In this document: positions 44,046 through 53,492 of the stretch, piece after piece
Layout of the letters: each line of letters opens with the position of its first letter
How positions within the stretch are numbered: position 1 is the first letter of the stretch
Assembly (NCBI GenBank): GCA_963977675.1
Contig: CAXBPY010000003.1
Span: 9,216-73,215, forward strand
Source: an uncultured bacterium
Lineage (GTDB): Bacteria; Bacteroidota; Bacteroidia; Chitinophagales; UBA10324
DNA: 64,000 nt
Reading direction: 5' to 3'
Made by a program: the position numbers and the translations under genes
Notes under the pieces: generated by a model
Database searches by the model: none
What the model saw: the letters and a program-made list of their open reading frames with translations, nothing else
What the model was told of the DNA's origin: nothing

Positions 44046-44072
44046 CAGCCATCCTGTTTTTCAGGATGGCTG
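44046..44072. terminator. bidirectional rho-independent terminator between the convergent peptidase and ahcY genes
   Basis: A perfect 11-bp stem pairs CAGCCATCCTG (44046-44056) with CAGGATGGCTG (44062-44072) around a TTTTT loop. Both flanks are T-rich. Confidence 0.8.
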
Positions 44073-44091
44073 CAACTTTTGAAATAAAATT

Positions 44092-45414
44092 TTAGTATCT
44101 GTAATAATCAGGTTTGAATGGACCCTGAGCAGCTATGCCAAGGTAATCTGATTGTTCTTTTGAAAGAGTATCGAGTTCAACACCAATTTTAGCCAAATGG
44201 AGTCGGGCAACTTTTTCATCAAGATGCTTGGGCAAGGTGTAAACTTTGTTTTCGTAATTAGCAGAGTTGTTCCATAACTCAATTTGTGCAAGAGTTTGAT
44301 TGCTGAATGAGTTGCTCATTACAAAAGAAGGGTGACCCATTGCGCAACCCAGGTTTACCAATCTTCCCTCGGCAAGAACTATAATGTCTTTTCCATTAAT
44401 GGTGTATTTATCTACCTGCGGCTTGATGGTATCCTTGGTGCTGCCATAGTTTTCATTGATCCAAGCCATATCAATTTCAATATCGAAATGACCAATGTTG
44501 CACACGATAGTTTTGTCCTTCATCAGTCTGAAATGAGTTTCGTTAATCACACCCTTGCAACCTGTGGCAGTCGCTACAATGTCAGCTTCTTTTACTGCAT
44601 CACTCATTTTCTTTACTTCATATCCATCCATTGCGGCCTGCAATGCACAAATAGGATCAATTTCAGTAACGATAACTCGTGCACCAGCGCCGCTCAAAGA
44701 TTCAGCAGATCCTTTTCCCACATCACCGTAACCTGCAACAACGGCAACCTTGCCTGCAATCATTACATCAGTTGCTCTGCGAATTGCATCAACTAGGCTT
44801 TCGCGACAACCATACTTGTTATCAAACTTCGATTTGGTCACACTGTCATTTACATTGATAGCTGGCATGTGAAGAGTTCCATTTTTCATACGGTCGTATA
44901 AGCGATGAACTCCGGTTGTTGTTTCTTCACTTAATCCTTTTATTCCGTTAATGAGTTCGGTATATACATCAAACACCATATTAGTGAGATCTCCGCCGTC
45001 GTCGAGTATCATATTTAGCGGGCGATCATAGCTTCCGAAGAAAAGGGTTTGTTCAATACACCAGTTGAAATCCGCTTCATTCTGTCCTTTCCATGCAAAA
45101 ACAGGAACACCGCCAGCTGCAACAGCAGCAGCTGCATGATCTTGGGTAGAAAAAATATTGCATGAGCTCCAGCGAACTTCTGCTCCAAGGTCAACTAATG
45201 TTTCAATCAGTACTGCAGTTTGTATTGTCATATGAAGGCAACCGGCAATGCGTGCACCTTTCAAAGGTTGTTTGCCTTTATATTCCTGACGAATTGCCAT
45301 CAGTCCGGGCATTTCTGCTTCTGCCAGTTTTATTTCTTTTCTTCCCCACTCTGCGAGAGAAATATCTTTCACTTTGTAAGGCAACTTAATGTCAATTACA
45401 CTCTTTGTTGTCAT
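44092..45414 (-). CDS. ahcY: adenosylhomocysteinase
   Basis: [27 protein letters not shown], the NAD site [10 protein letters not shown] and [11 protein letters not shown] are present. The protein is 440 aa. Confidence 0.95.
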   Translation of the reverse strand: MTTKSVIDIKLPYKVKDISLAEWGRKEIKLAEAEMPGLMAIRQEYKGKQPLKGARIAGCLHMTIQTAVLIETLVDLGAEVRWSSCNIFSTQDHAAAAVAAGGVPVFAWKGQNEADFNWCIEQTLFFGSYDRPLNMILDDGGDLTNMVFDVYTELINGIKGLSEETTTGVHRLYDRMKNGTLHMPAINVNDSVTKSKFDNKYGCRESLVDAIRRATDVMIAGKVAVVAGYGDVGKGSAESLSGAGARVIVTEIDPICALQAAMDGYEVKKMSDAVKEADIVATATGCKGVINETHFRLMKDKTIVCNIGHFDIEIDMAWINENYGSTKDTIKPQVDKYTINGKDIIVLAEGRLVNLGCAMGHPSFVMSNSFSNQTLAQIELWNNSANYENKVYTLPKHLDEKVARLHLAKIGVELDTLSKEQSDYLGIAAQGPFKPDYYRY

Positions 45415-45529
45415 GATTTGTTAAATGATTTTTTGGAGGGCAAATATAGTTTTCTTCAGAACATTGTTCTGTTTGCAGAATAGCTTTGAAGACAGGAATT
45501 TGCTAACCGATTGTTTTCTGATTCTAGAA

Positions 45530-46984
45530 CTATTTACTGTATTTGATGGTGACTAATGCATCATTTACCCAAACACTATCATCGGTATAAACCTTTAACT
45601 TGTAATCACCTGCAGTGTAAAAAGTGTATTTGATATAGGTTGCTTTTCCTTCGGGGTCTATTGTATAATATTTAGTTTCATAAAGATCATCATAATCGCT
45701 TCCTTTTTTACGGTAAACTTTCAGCGTGAGTCCATCGGTTTTAAATGGTTTGGTATTACTTACATGAATATACACATAGCTTCCGTTTGATTTATTAATG
45801 TAAAACTCATCGCCGGCATTGCTGCAATTATTGAGGTAATCAAGATCTGTGCACACTACCACCTTCGAATCCATAAAATAGAATGTACTGTTTGGATCGT
45901 TGTAATCGATATTGATATCGCTATTTTTAATTGTTACATATCCGCTGTTGATCCACACATCATCACCTGTATAGACATCTACAACATAATCTCCTGCTGA
46001 TGAGAAAAAATAATCAAAATAAGTAGCAACCAGTGTTGATTTGATTGTGTAGTCTTTTGTTTCAATGTATTGATCATACTCGCCGCTTGAACCCTTTTTA
46101 TAAAATTTTGCTTTGATATCAGTTACTCCGAGTTGAGTGGTGCCATTATCTACATACACAGTCACATTTCCTCCTGAACCTGTAATGTTAAAAACAGTGC
46201 TTTCATTTTTTGGGTAACCAAGGTCATCTACATCTTCGCAGAAAACAACCTTTGAACCAGAATAAATATCAGTTCCTGATGTATTGCTTCCATTATTTGA
46301 ATTGTTGTTAGACACAACTGTGTTTCCGCCGTCTTCTTCAGGAAACTTGAGAGCGTTAATTGGATCCAGTATGTTCAGATTTTTTACACTCACTGCAAAA
46401 TTTAAGTTCTGACCATTCTCCAAATAATAAGTAACTACACCAAGAGCTTCACCCATCATATTCATCAGAGGGCTGCCGCTATTACCATGAGAAATTGGTG
46501 CGGTGATTTGAATTGTCTCACCCATTTTTTCATCTTCACGAATCGAAGAAACAATTCCGTCAGCTACCGATTTTTCAAGTCCGAGCGGATTTCCGATAAT
46601 GAAGATTTTTTCTCCTGCTTTCGGAGAGGTTGCATTCATTTTCAAGAAGGGAAATGTTTCGTTCAGTTCATTTTTTACTGTGAACTTAAGCAAATCACTT
46701 TCCTTACTCCAGCCCAAAACATTTTCTACGAGATAAGTTTTATTATCTGAAGTTTTAATTTTTGCTTTTGCTGCACCTTGAAATACATGGTAATTGCTAA
46801 GCGCAGTGCCAGTTGATGAAATAAAAAAACCAGTGCCTACAGCATATTCATTTCCTGAAGCATCATAAGTAGTGATTTTAAAAATTGCAGGCGAGCATTT
46901 GTCAATTAATGCAGTTAGATCACTCTGAGCAAAAGAATTGATAGTAGTAGCTAAAAAGAAAAGGAGAAAAAGTGTGCGTTTCAT
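45530..46984 (-). CDS. secreted trypsin-like (S1C-type) serine protease with two C-terminal copies of an unrecognised ~110-aa module
   Basis: Signal peptide FLATTINSFAQ. The catalytic triad context is SNYHVF (His), SDLLKF (Asp) and HGNSGSPL (Ser). The two C-terminal repeats each end in ...GDY.V.VYT.DD.W(I/V)N...VTIK. Confidence 0.8.
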   Translation of the reverse strand: MKRTLFLLFFLATTINSFAQSDLTALIDKCSPAIFKITTYDASGNEYAVGTGFFISSTGTALSNYHVFQGAAKAKIKTSDNKTYLVENVLGWSKESDLLKFTVKNELNETFPFLKMNATSPKAGEKIFIIGNPLGLEKSVADGIVSSIREDEKMGETIQITAPISHGNSGSPLMNMMGEALGVVTYYLENGQNLNFAVSVKNLNILDPINALKFPEEDGGNTVVSNNNSNNGSNTSGTDIYSGSKVVFCEDVDDLGYPKNESTVFNITGSGGNVTVYVDNGTTQLGVTDIKAKFYKKGSSGEYDQYIETKDYTIKSTLVATYFDYFFSSAGDYVVDVYTGDDVWINSGYVTIKNSDINIDYNDPNSTFYFMDSKVVVCTDLDYLNNCSNAGDEFYINKSNGSYVYIHVSNTKPFKTDGLTLKVYRKKGSDYDDLYETKYYTIDPEGKATYIKYTFYTAGDYKLKVYTDDSVWVNDALVTIKYSK

Positions 46985-47016
46985 TTTATTTATGTTCTGT
47001 TTAAGATTTCAAAAAA

Positions 47017-47814
47017 TTATTTTTTAATTGTGAGGTAACCATCATTCACCCAAATGTTATCGCCGGTAACAACTGAAACAAGATAATTTCCATTTGATGC
47101 AAATGAATGTGAGAAAGTATAACTCTCGGCTTCCGGGTCGACAGAATATGTTTCCTTAAAGACAAGTTTATCGTAGTTCTTGCCTTTCTTTTTATAAATA
47201 TAAATTATTAAAAAATTGTGCTTGAATTTTTTAGGTCCGTTTGTTACAAAAACATTCACCGTTTCGCCAGTATTAAATTCGTTCTTAGAGATCGGAAGGC
47301 CGGCATCATCAAATTGGGAACAGAATTCAACTTTCGAATCCATAAAATAAAATGTACTGCTTGGGTCGGAGTAATTGCTACTTGGGTAAGATGTGTCTTC
47401 AGAATAAAGAAATGAATTCTCAATTGCGTCATCTTCATTAACATCAATCAATACAGAATCGGAGGCAAGTAATTGTTGATTACTGTAAACAGATAACAAA
47501 TATTTTCCATCTCGAAACCAGGTAACATCGGTGATATAGTAACCTGATGAATTATCTTTTGTTAAAGAATAGGCTTCAGTTGGGCTATATGTATTATCAT
47601 CTTGCTTTTCGCTGATTGAGAGCATTAGGTTTCCATCAGAAGATCCGCGGTAGGCGATCAAATTGCAAGCTGAAAAATTTTCGAAATGAAATTCAGATTT
47701 ATTGTCAATTGGAATTCCATTTTCGCGCAACCCATTGCATACATAAATGTTCTGTCCATAACTTATTGCAGAACCAAGCAAAAAAAATATTGATAATGTA
47801 GAGAGTTTAACCAT
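47017..47814 (-). CDS. hypothetical secreted protein made of two copies of the same ~110-aa module
   Basis: Signal peptide FFLLGSAISYGQ. The second copy, DPSSTFYFMDSKVEFC...YKKKGKNYDKL...NGNYLVSVVTGDNIWVNDGYLTIKK, parallels the protease C-terminus. Confidence 0.65.
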   Translation of the reverse strand: MVKLSTLSIFFLLGSAISYGQNIYVCNGLRENGIPIDNKSEFHFENFSACNLIAYRGSSDGNLMLSISEKQDDNTYSPTEAYSLTKDNSSGYYITDVTWFRDGKYLLSVYSNQQLLASDSVLIDVNEDDAIENSFLYSEDTSYPSSNYSDPSSTFYFMDSKVEFCSQFDDAGLPISKNEFNTGETVNVFVTNGPKKFKHNFLIIYIYKKKGKNYDKLVFKETYSVDPEAESYTFSHSFASNGNYLVSVVTGDNIWVNDGYLTIKK

Positions 47815-47968
47815 ATATCGAATGGCTCAAATATAGGATGAGAAAAAAATTACTGAGAAGGTGCTGAAGAATTATTTACTTACATTTTGTTTAAATTTTT
47901 TTTAAATAATAAATTGAATTTGATTTTCTCTTTTCCGTCTTCAGCAGGGTTACATTATTCTTACACCA

Positions 47969-49204
47969 ATGAATTTGATTGAAAATATCAGACAGGCATT
48001 ACGGTCCATTCGCGCAAACAGAACACGCACAATTCTTACCTGCCTCATCATAGCATTCGGAATTATGGCACTTGTCGGAATCCTTACGGCGGTCGATTCT
48101 CTTAAGGCCAATATTTATTCGAGCTTCAGTTTTCTTGGTTCTAATACTTTTAGTATTCGACAAGGCGGCACAGGAGTTCGCCGTCATGGTGGTGGCAGAG
48201 AAGAAATAACAAGCCCGCCGCTTCGATTCGAGGAAGCTCGTGCCTTTAAAGAGAGGTTTGATTTCCCTGCAAAAGTTTCTCTCGGTGTTTTTGCTTCTGG
48301 TATGGCAACAGTGAAATTCTTTTCTGAAAAAACAAACCCCAATGTGGCAGTTTGGGGAATTGATCAATATTATCTGGAGGCAAGCGGTTATGAAATTGCA
48401 GAAGGAAGATTTTTTACAGCTGCTGAAGTAAAGGACGGAAGTGATCTGGTTATTCTTGGGAATGATGTGGTGACAAAACTTTTTAAAGAAAAATCAGATC
48501 CCTTAAATCAATATGTTTCAATTAATGACAAACGATACCGGATTATCGGACTTATGAAATCAAAAGGTAGCAGCATGGTACGAAGCGGAGATAATCAGGT
48601 ATTTGTTCCAATCCTAAATGCAATCAGATACTTTACCGGACCTGATGCTTCAGTCGGAATTTCTGTAACAGTTGATAATATTGATCAACTCAATTATGCC
48701 ATTGAAGAGGCAGGTGGTTTAATGAGAAGTATCCGTAAAATAAAACTTGGACACGATGATGATTTTGATATTACAAAAAGTGATGCGCTGGCTAATACCG
48801 TGTTCGATCAGATCAGTTATGTAACAATTGCAGCTACTATAATAGGAGTCATCACTTTGTTTGGCGCAGCAATAGGACTGATGAACATAATGCTAGTTTC
48901 AGTCACTGAACGAACCCGCGAAATTGGTGTGAGCAAAGCGCTTGGGGCAACACGAAGAACCATTCGTACACAGTTTTTGGTCGAAGCAATTGTCATCTGC
49001 CAGCTTGGTGGCATACTTGGAATTATTTTAGGAATCCTTGCCGGTAATGGAGTCTCGCTTCTCATTGGCGGAACATTCATCATACCTTGGGTTTGGATTT
49101 TTGCAGGAATAGTTTTCTGCTTTATGGTCGGGTTGGTTTCCGGACTTTATCCAGCAGTAAAAGCAGCACGGCTTGATCCAATTGAGTCGTTGCGCTATGA
49201 GTAA
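47969..49204 (+). CDS. ABC transporter permease (MacB/FtsX family)
   Basis: N-terminal [23 protein letters not shown], a periplasmic MacB_PCD-like domain, and C-terminal FtsX helices with [16 protein letters not shown]. Confidence 0.88.
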   Translation: MNLIENIRQALRSIRANRTRTILTCLIIAFGIMALVGILTAVDSLKANIYSSFSFLGSNTFSIRQGGTGVRRHGGGREEITSPPLRFEEARAFKERFDFPAKVSLGVFASGMATVKFFSEKTNPNVAVWGIDQYYLEASGYEIAEGRFFTAAEVKDGSDLVILGNDVVTKLFKEKSDPLNQYVSINDKRYRIIGLMKSKGSSMVRSGDNQVFVPILNAIRYFTGPDASVGISVTVDNIDQLNYAIEEAGGLMRSIRKIKLGHDDDFDITKSDALANTVFDQISYVTIAATIIGVITLFGAAIGLMNIMLVSVTERTREIGVSKALGATRRTIRTQFLVEAIVICQLGGILGIILGILAGNGVSLLIGGTFIIPWVWIFAGIVFCFMVGLVSGLYPAVKAARLDPIESLRYE

Positions 49205-49240
49205 AGAAGTATTGTCATACTATTAACAGAAACCTTCCTC

Positions 49241-49870
49241 TTATCGTTTGTTTTTAAAAGTGAACTTGTTTTCAGTTCCAATTAGCAGCCTTTGAATATT
49301 TTGCCGGTGTGTGTAAATAATCAGAATTGGAATCAACAACGAAAAAACAATTATCATTTTAGATGAATAGTTAAGCATAAAAATTATGCTTAACGGAAAA
49401 GTAATTCCCGCAAGAATGGAAGAGAGAGAGACATATCTTGAAAACAAAACAGTAACCAGAAAAACAGCAGTGCAAACGATGGCCGCCTTAGGAAAGACTG
49501 CCAGTATTACACCAAAGAGAGTAGCAACACCTTTTCCGCCTTTAAACCATAAATATATTGGATATATATGACCAACTGCAGCAGATAATCCGAGAGCTAA
49601 TTGATATACTATAAAATCTTCGCTCGCTGTTGAAATATTTCCGAAGTAGTAGGAGAGAGAAACAGCAAACATTCCCTTTGCAATATCAAGAATAAGAACG
49701 GCAAATCCGGCGCGCTTACCCAGTACGCGCATTGTATTGGTTGCCCCTGCATTTCCACTTCCTTCTTTACGAACATCTTTTCCAAAAAATATTTTCCCTA
49801 CCAGAACTGAAAACGGAATTCCGCCAATCAGGTAAGCAAGTTCAATAGAAAGGAATATTTCAAACCGCAC
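49241..49870 (-). CDS. plsY: glycerol-3-phosphate acyltransferase PlsY
   Basis: YLIGGIPFS, GSGNAGATN and GGKGVAT are the PlsY motifs. The start codon is GTG. Confidence 0.88.
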   Translation of the reverse strand: MRFEIFLSIELAYLIGGIPFSVLVGKIFFGKDVRKEGSGNAGATNTMRVLGKRAGFAVLILDIAKGMFAVSLSYYFGNISTASEDFIVYQLALGLSAAVGHIYPIYLWFKGGKGVATLFGVILAVFPKAAIVCTAVFLVTVLFSRYVSLSSILAGITFPLSIIFMLNYSSKMIIVFSLLIPILIIYTHRQNIQRLLIGTENKFTFKNKR

Positions 49871-50029
49871 TTATCAAAATTTTATTCTGCAATGAAAATA
49901 AAAATTGCCCACTAATTACTTGCTTGAAAATGTAAGCGCGTTTAAATATTTTTTCTGTCATTTGATTATTCAACTTCCTTTATTGTATTTTTCCACCCAC
50001 ATTCAAACAGAAAAAATCAAACATTTAAA

Positions 50030-50938
50030 ATGAAAAAAATTCTAAGCATGGCAATGGCAATTGTGCTGTTGCTGAATTTAAAGGTTGCAAAATCACAAGC
50101 TATTCTTAATGCTGATTTCGAAAGCTGGCAAGCTGTTACTTCTTATGAAGATCCTACTTCCTGGATGACCAGCAATGCTGCCTCTTCACAAGTTGTTGGG
50201 TTGCCTACAGTTCTTAAATCTACAACTGCAAATTCTGGACAATATGCTGCACAATTGCAAACAGCAGGAACTGCCCTTCATTTCCCCGGTGTAATCACAA
50301 ATGGAGTAATAACTTCTCCAGGTGTTGGACAAATTACATTCAGCGGCGGTACTCCATGGACTACCCGTTCGCAGAACCTGACAGGTTATTTTCAATATAC
50401 TGCTGGTGGCGGAGCAGATTCTGCATTGGTAACAGCTATTCTATTTCATAGAAACGGTGCAAACCGTGATACCATTGCAGTTGGAAGAAAAGGATTAGGA
50501 GCACAAGCAACTTATGCACAGTTTACTCTTAATTTTAACTATCATGACTGGTCTTCAACAATGCCTGATTCAGTTTTAATTATTGTTCAAAGTTCAAAGA
50601 ATATCCTTTCAGCTCAGACCGGAACAGTTCTTTTGATTGATGATATAGCTCTGCATGGAAATGTAGCTGGTATAAACAATACAGTGATAACAAAACCTTC
50701 TGTTGCAATTTACCCTAATCCTGCAAGTTCAGTTGTTCGTTTCTCCTTCAAGGGAATGAATAATGCATCTACTCTTAACATCTATGACCTTCTTGGAAAG
50801 AAAATTAAATCCATCACAATTGATGGTTCTGTTTTAAACCTTGAAACTGAAGACATGGACAATGGTATGTATTTCTACCAGGTATCTGATTTGAACAACG
50901 CTGTACTTTCTACAGGTAAATTCAGCATAAAAAAATAA
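50030..50938 (+). CDS. T9SS C-terminal-domain secreted protein, hypothetical
   Basis: Signal peptide LLLNLKVAKSQA. The C-terminal IYPNPASSVVRFSF...NGMYFYQV...GKFSIKK is a T9SS CTD. Confidence 0.7.
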   Translation: MKKILSMAMAIVLLLNLKVAKSQAILNADFESWQAVTSYEDPTSWMTSNAASSQVVGLPTVLKSTTANSGQYAAQLQTAGTALHFPGVITNGVITSPGVGQITFSGGTPWTTRSQNLTGYFQYTAGGGADSALVTAILFHRNGANRDTIAVGRKGLGAQATYAQFTLNFNYHDWSSTMPDSVLIIVQSSKNILSAQTGTVLLIDDIALHGNVAGINNTVITKPSVAIYPNPASSVVRFSFKGMNNASTLNIYDLLGKKIKSITIDGSVLNLETEDMDNGMYFYQVSDLNNAVLSTGKFSIKK

Positions 50939-50964
50939 TTTCTTAGTTAGCAAAAATTATTATA

Positions 50965-50997
50965 ACCCGTTTCAATCAAATGAGACGGGTTTTTTTA
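50965..50997 (+). terminator. rho-independent terminator
   Basis: The stem pairs ACCCGTTTC with GAGACGGGT (one G-U pair) around an 8-nt loop, followed by TTTTTTT (50991-50997). Confidence 0.75.
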
Positions 50998-51120
50998 TGC
51001 AAAATTTTTATTGACTAAAAAATTTTTCTGAAAACACATACTTGTGAACAACAATCGCATAAAAGCTTATTAATCCTTATTGCTGCTGTATACTTTAGGT
51101 GTATCAAAAAAATAATTCAA

Positions 51121-51321
51121 ATGGCTGACCCGAATATCACTAACTCAGATGAACAAAGAACCGAGCATGATTTGCAGGAAGCAAAGCAAAACTTGCTCAC
51201 TTTGGAGGCGTTATTAAAAATGCGCGCTCAAAACAAACCTATGATTCAGGAAGATGATGGAACAAAGAGTGAGGAAGATTTTGATATTGATCCTATTCCC
51301 GGATACGGAGGGGCATGGTAA
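51121..51321 (+). CDS. small acidic hypothetical protein (66 aa)
   Basis: The ORF is isolated between two good terminators. The sequence MADPNITNSDEQRTEHDLQEAKQNLLTLEALLKMRAQNKPMIQEDDGTKSEEDFDIDPIPGYGGAW has no signal peptide. Coding status is plausible but unproven. Confidence 0.45.
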   Translation: MADPNITNSDEQRTEHDLQEAKQNLLTLEALLKMRAQNKPMIQEDDGTKSEEDFDIDPIPGYGGAW

Positions 51322-51344
51322 TATTTTATTAAAAAAATAATTAA

Positions 51345-51376
51345 AGCCATTCTGAAATTTCAGGATGGCTTTTTTG
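51345..51376 (+). terminator. rho-independent terminator
   Basis: The stem pairs AGCCATTCTG (51345-51354) with CAGGATGGCT (51361-51370), with one G-U pair, followed by TTTTTT. Confidence 0.8.
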
Positions 51377-51402
51377 TTTGTTTAAAACTCTTTTATAGAG
51401 TT

Positions 51403-51436
51403 TTTGCATAATCGATAATAGTCACTCATATATTTG
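51403..51436 (+). promoter_or_regulatory. Bacteroidota-type promoter (-33 TTTG, -7 TATATTTG)
   Basis: TTTG at 51403-51406 and an exact TAnnTTTG match at 51429-51436 are separated by a 22-nt spacer. The element lies 37 nt upstream of the ATG at 51473. Confidence 0.55.
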
Positions 51437-51472
51437 GCGACTTAAATTCAAAAACATTTCTTAAAACACACT

Positions 51473-51709
51473 ATGAAAAAAGCATTTTTCATTCTGGGTG
51501 CAGCCATAATTTCTTTGGCTGTTGCAAGTTGCAACAACGCACCCGCCCCTATGGATGCTGCTGCCATGAAAACTAAAGCAGATTCTATTTACAGTGCCGG
51601 TCGTCAGGCAATCATTGACGCAGCCAATGCGAACTGCGCAACTGCAGGCGCTACTGAATCAAAAAGAGTTTGCGATTCAATTTGTAGCGCAAATGGTGTA
51701 GGCATGTAA
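51473..51709 (+). CDS. small hypothetical lipoprotein
   Basis: The signal ISLAVASC carries a lipobox. The protein is 78 aa and Ala/Cys-containing. Confidence 0.55.
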   Translation: MKKAFFILGAAIISLAVASCNNAPAPMDAAAMKTKADSIYSAGRQAIIDAANANCATAGATESKRVCDSICSANGVGM

Positions 51710-51736
51710 TTATTCACAATAAAAAATTAGACTACA

Positions 51737-52162
51737 ATGAAAAAACTAATCATACTCGCCGGCGTTTTTGCTTTCGGCATTTATTTTTCAGCTTGCAACA
51801 ATGGAGGCAATGCTGATCAAGCAAATAAGGATAAAGCTGCTATTGACAGCATGGTAACAAGTTGGAATAAGATGCTCACCGATTCGCTTACCGGTGTTTG
51901 CATGGCAGATGCGCGTGCAAAGGGAATGGCGATGGGTGACTCAATGGTTACTGCATCTAAGAAGGGTGGAAAGAAAACAACATCAACTACCAAAACCACC
52001 ACTACAACTACAACCACTAAAACTGATACTAATTCTGGACCTGTTGGCAATAAGGGCAACAACACCACCAATGGAAATCCTGTTGGAACTAAGGGTGGAA
52101 CCAAGAATGCAGACGGTACTACAACCAATCCAGTTGGAACAAAAGGAAAACCTAAAAACTAA
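51737..52162 (+). CDS. hypothetical lipoprotein with a Thr-rich linker and NPVGTKG repeats
   Basis: Lipobox YFSAC. A low-complexity KKTTSTTKTTTTTTTTKTDT stretch is followed by three repeats (G/N)PVG(N/T)KG. Confidence 0.6.
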   Translation: MKKLIILAGVFAFGIYFSACNNGGNADQANKDKAAIDSMVTSWNKMLTDSLTGVCMADARAKGMAMGDSMVTASKKGGKKTTSTTKTTTTTTTTKTDTNSGPVGNKGNNTTNGNPVGTKGGTKNADGTTTNPVGTKGKPKN

Positions 52163-52181
52163 TTTTGGTTTCTGAGATTGA

Positions 52182-52217
52182 AAGCCGTCCTGAAAAATTC
52201 AGGACGGCTTTTTTTTT
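52182..52217 (+). terminator. rho-independent terminator
   Basis: A perfect 13-bp stem pairs AAGCCGTCCTGAA (52182-52194) with TTCAGGACGGCTT (52198-52210) around an AAA loop, followed by a T-run to 52217. Confidence 0.85.
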
Positions 52218-52319
52218 AGCTATTCAATTTTGCAAATCGAGTAACACAAATCCGGTAAACGGGCTGGTGAAAAAATATTAGCTGTCAGAATATATTCGCG
52301 CGCTTTAAAAAAATAATCA

Positions 52320-53420
52320 ATGGGTTTACAATGCGGAATAGTTGGATTGCCGAATGTTGGGAAGTCAACTTTGTTTAATGCACTCAGCAATGCGAAAGCA
52401 CAGGCAGCAAATTTTCCTTTCTGCACCATCGAGCCGAATGTAGGCGTCATCACTGTTCCGGATGAGCGCTTGAATGAACTTGCACGCTTAGTGAATCCAA
52501 ATAAAATTGTTCCGACAACTGTTGAGATTGTTGACATTGCAGGATTGGTGAAAGGTGCGAGCAAGGGTGAAGGATTAGGAAATCAGTTTCTCGGAAACAT
52601 CCGCAGCACCGATGCAATCATTCATGTGGTGCGTTGCTTCGATGACGATAATGTGATTCATGTGGATGGAAGTGTGAATCCTGTTCGAGATAAAGAAATT
52701 ATTGACACTGAACTTCAGTTGAAAGATTTGGAAAGCATTGAAAAGAAAATTGCTAAGGTTCAGAAGCAAGCGAAGAGCCAGGACAGAGAAGCAATTCAAA
52801 CGCTTGAAGTCTTGAACATTTACAAAAAACATTTAGAGAGCGGGCAATCAGCACGCAGTGTTCCGGTTCCAAAAACAGAGGATAAGCAACAGGTGGCAGA
52901 TTGTTTTCTCCTGACTGATAAACCGGTTCTCTATGTATGTAATGTGGAAGAAGCAAGTGTGCTCACCGGAAACAAACACACGGAAGCATTGCGCAGCGCA
53001 GTGAAAAATGAAAATGCAGAAGTGCTCATTATCTCCGCAGCTATTGAAGCAGACATAGCTATGCTTGATAGTTACGATGACCGCAAAGCATTTCTTAGCG
53101 ACATGGGATTAAGCGAACCGGGCGTAACGAAACTCATTCATTCTGCCTACAAACTTTTGAATCTCGCTACTTACTTCACTGCCGGTGTGCAGGAAGTTCG
53201 TGCGTGGACAATTCATAAAGGAATGGTGGCACCACAAGCGGCAGGAGTAATTCATTCCGATTTTGAAAAAGGTTTTATCCGCGCCGAAGTGATTGCTTAC
53301 AATGATTTCATCAAGTATGAATCAGAATCGAACTGCCGCGCCAATGGAAAACTCCGTGTAGAAGGAAAAGAATATGTGGTGCAGGATGGTGATGTGATGC
53401 ACTTCTTGTTTAATGTTTAG
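52320..53420 (+). CDS. ychF: redox-regulated ribosome-binding ATPase YchF
   Basis: MGLQCGIVGLPNVGKSTLFNALS, DIAGLVKGAS and the C-terminal TGS-like YVVQDGDVMHFLFNV are present. The protein is 366 aa. Confidence 0.95.
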   Translation: MGLQCGIVGLPNVGKSTLFNALSNAKAQAANFPFCTIEPNVGVITVPDERLNELARLVNPNKIVPTTVEIVDIAGLVKGASKGEGLGNQFLGNIRSTDAIIHVVRCFDDDNVIHVDGSVNPVRDKEIIDTELQLKDLESIEKKIAKVQKQAKSQDREAIQTLEVLNIYKKHLESGQSARSVPVPKTEDKQQVADCFLLTDKPVLYVCNVEEASVLTGNKHTEALRSAVKNENAEVLIISAAIEADIAMLDSYDDRKAFLSDMGLSEPGVTKLIHSAYKLLNLATYFTAGVQEVRAWTIHKGMVAPQAAGVIHSDFEKGFIRAEVIAYNDFIKYESESNCRANGKLRVEGKEYVVQDGDVMHFLFNV

Positions 53421-53421
53421 T

Positions 53422-53449
53422 GGGAGATGGATGAGGGGTGATGGATGCT
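53422..53449. repeat. heptamer tract (GGGAGAT GGATGAG GGGTGAT GGATGCT) between ychF and plsC
   Basis: The tract was read directly and begins 2 nt after the ychF stop. It shares GGATGAGGG with 54237-54245. Confidence 0.75.
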
Positions 53450-53492
53450 TGTTGATTTATTCCCTCTGTGTTTAGAATTTATTTCACCTCAA

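Noticed and set aside
45447-45470. The palindrome CAGAACATTGTTCTG upstream of ahcY, considered as a riboswitch or operator
   Set aside because: It is too short and has a 1-nt centre, so it cannot form a stable hairpin. No known SAH- or SAM-riboswitch features surround it. It could equally be the terminator remnant of the upstream protease gene. The evidence is insufficient.
51817-52175. ORFs 51817..52128 (-) and 51894..52175 (+) within the Thr-rich lipoprotein gene
   Set aside because: They are alternative readings of the ACC/ACA-rich low-complexity stretch (poly-Val and poly-Pro/Leu products). The lipoprotein frame has a proper lipobox and a terminator.
52220-52564. A 114-aa minus-strand ORF overlapping the ychF start
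   Set aside because: It is antisense to the highly conserved YchF P-loop region and has no motifs.
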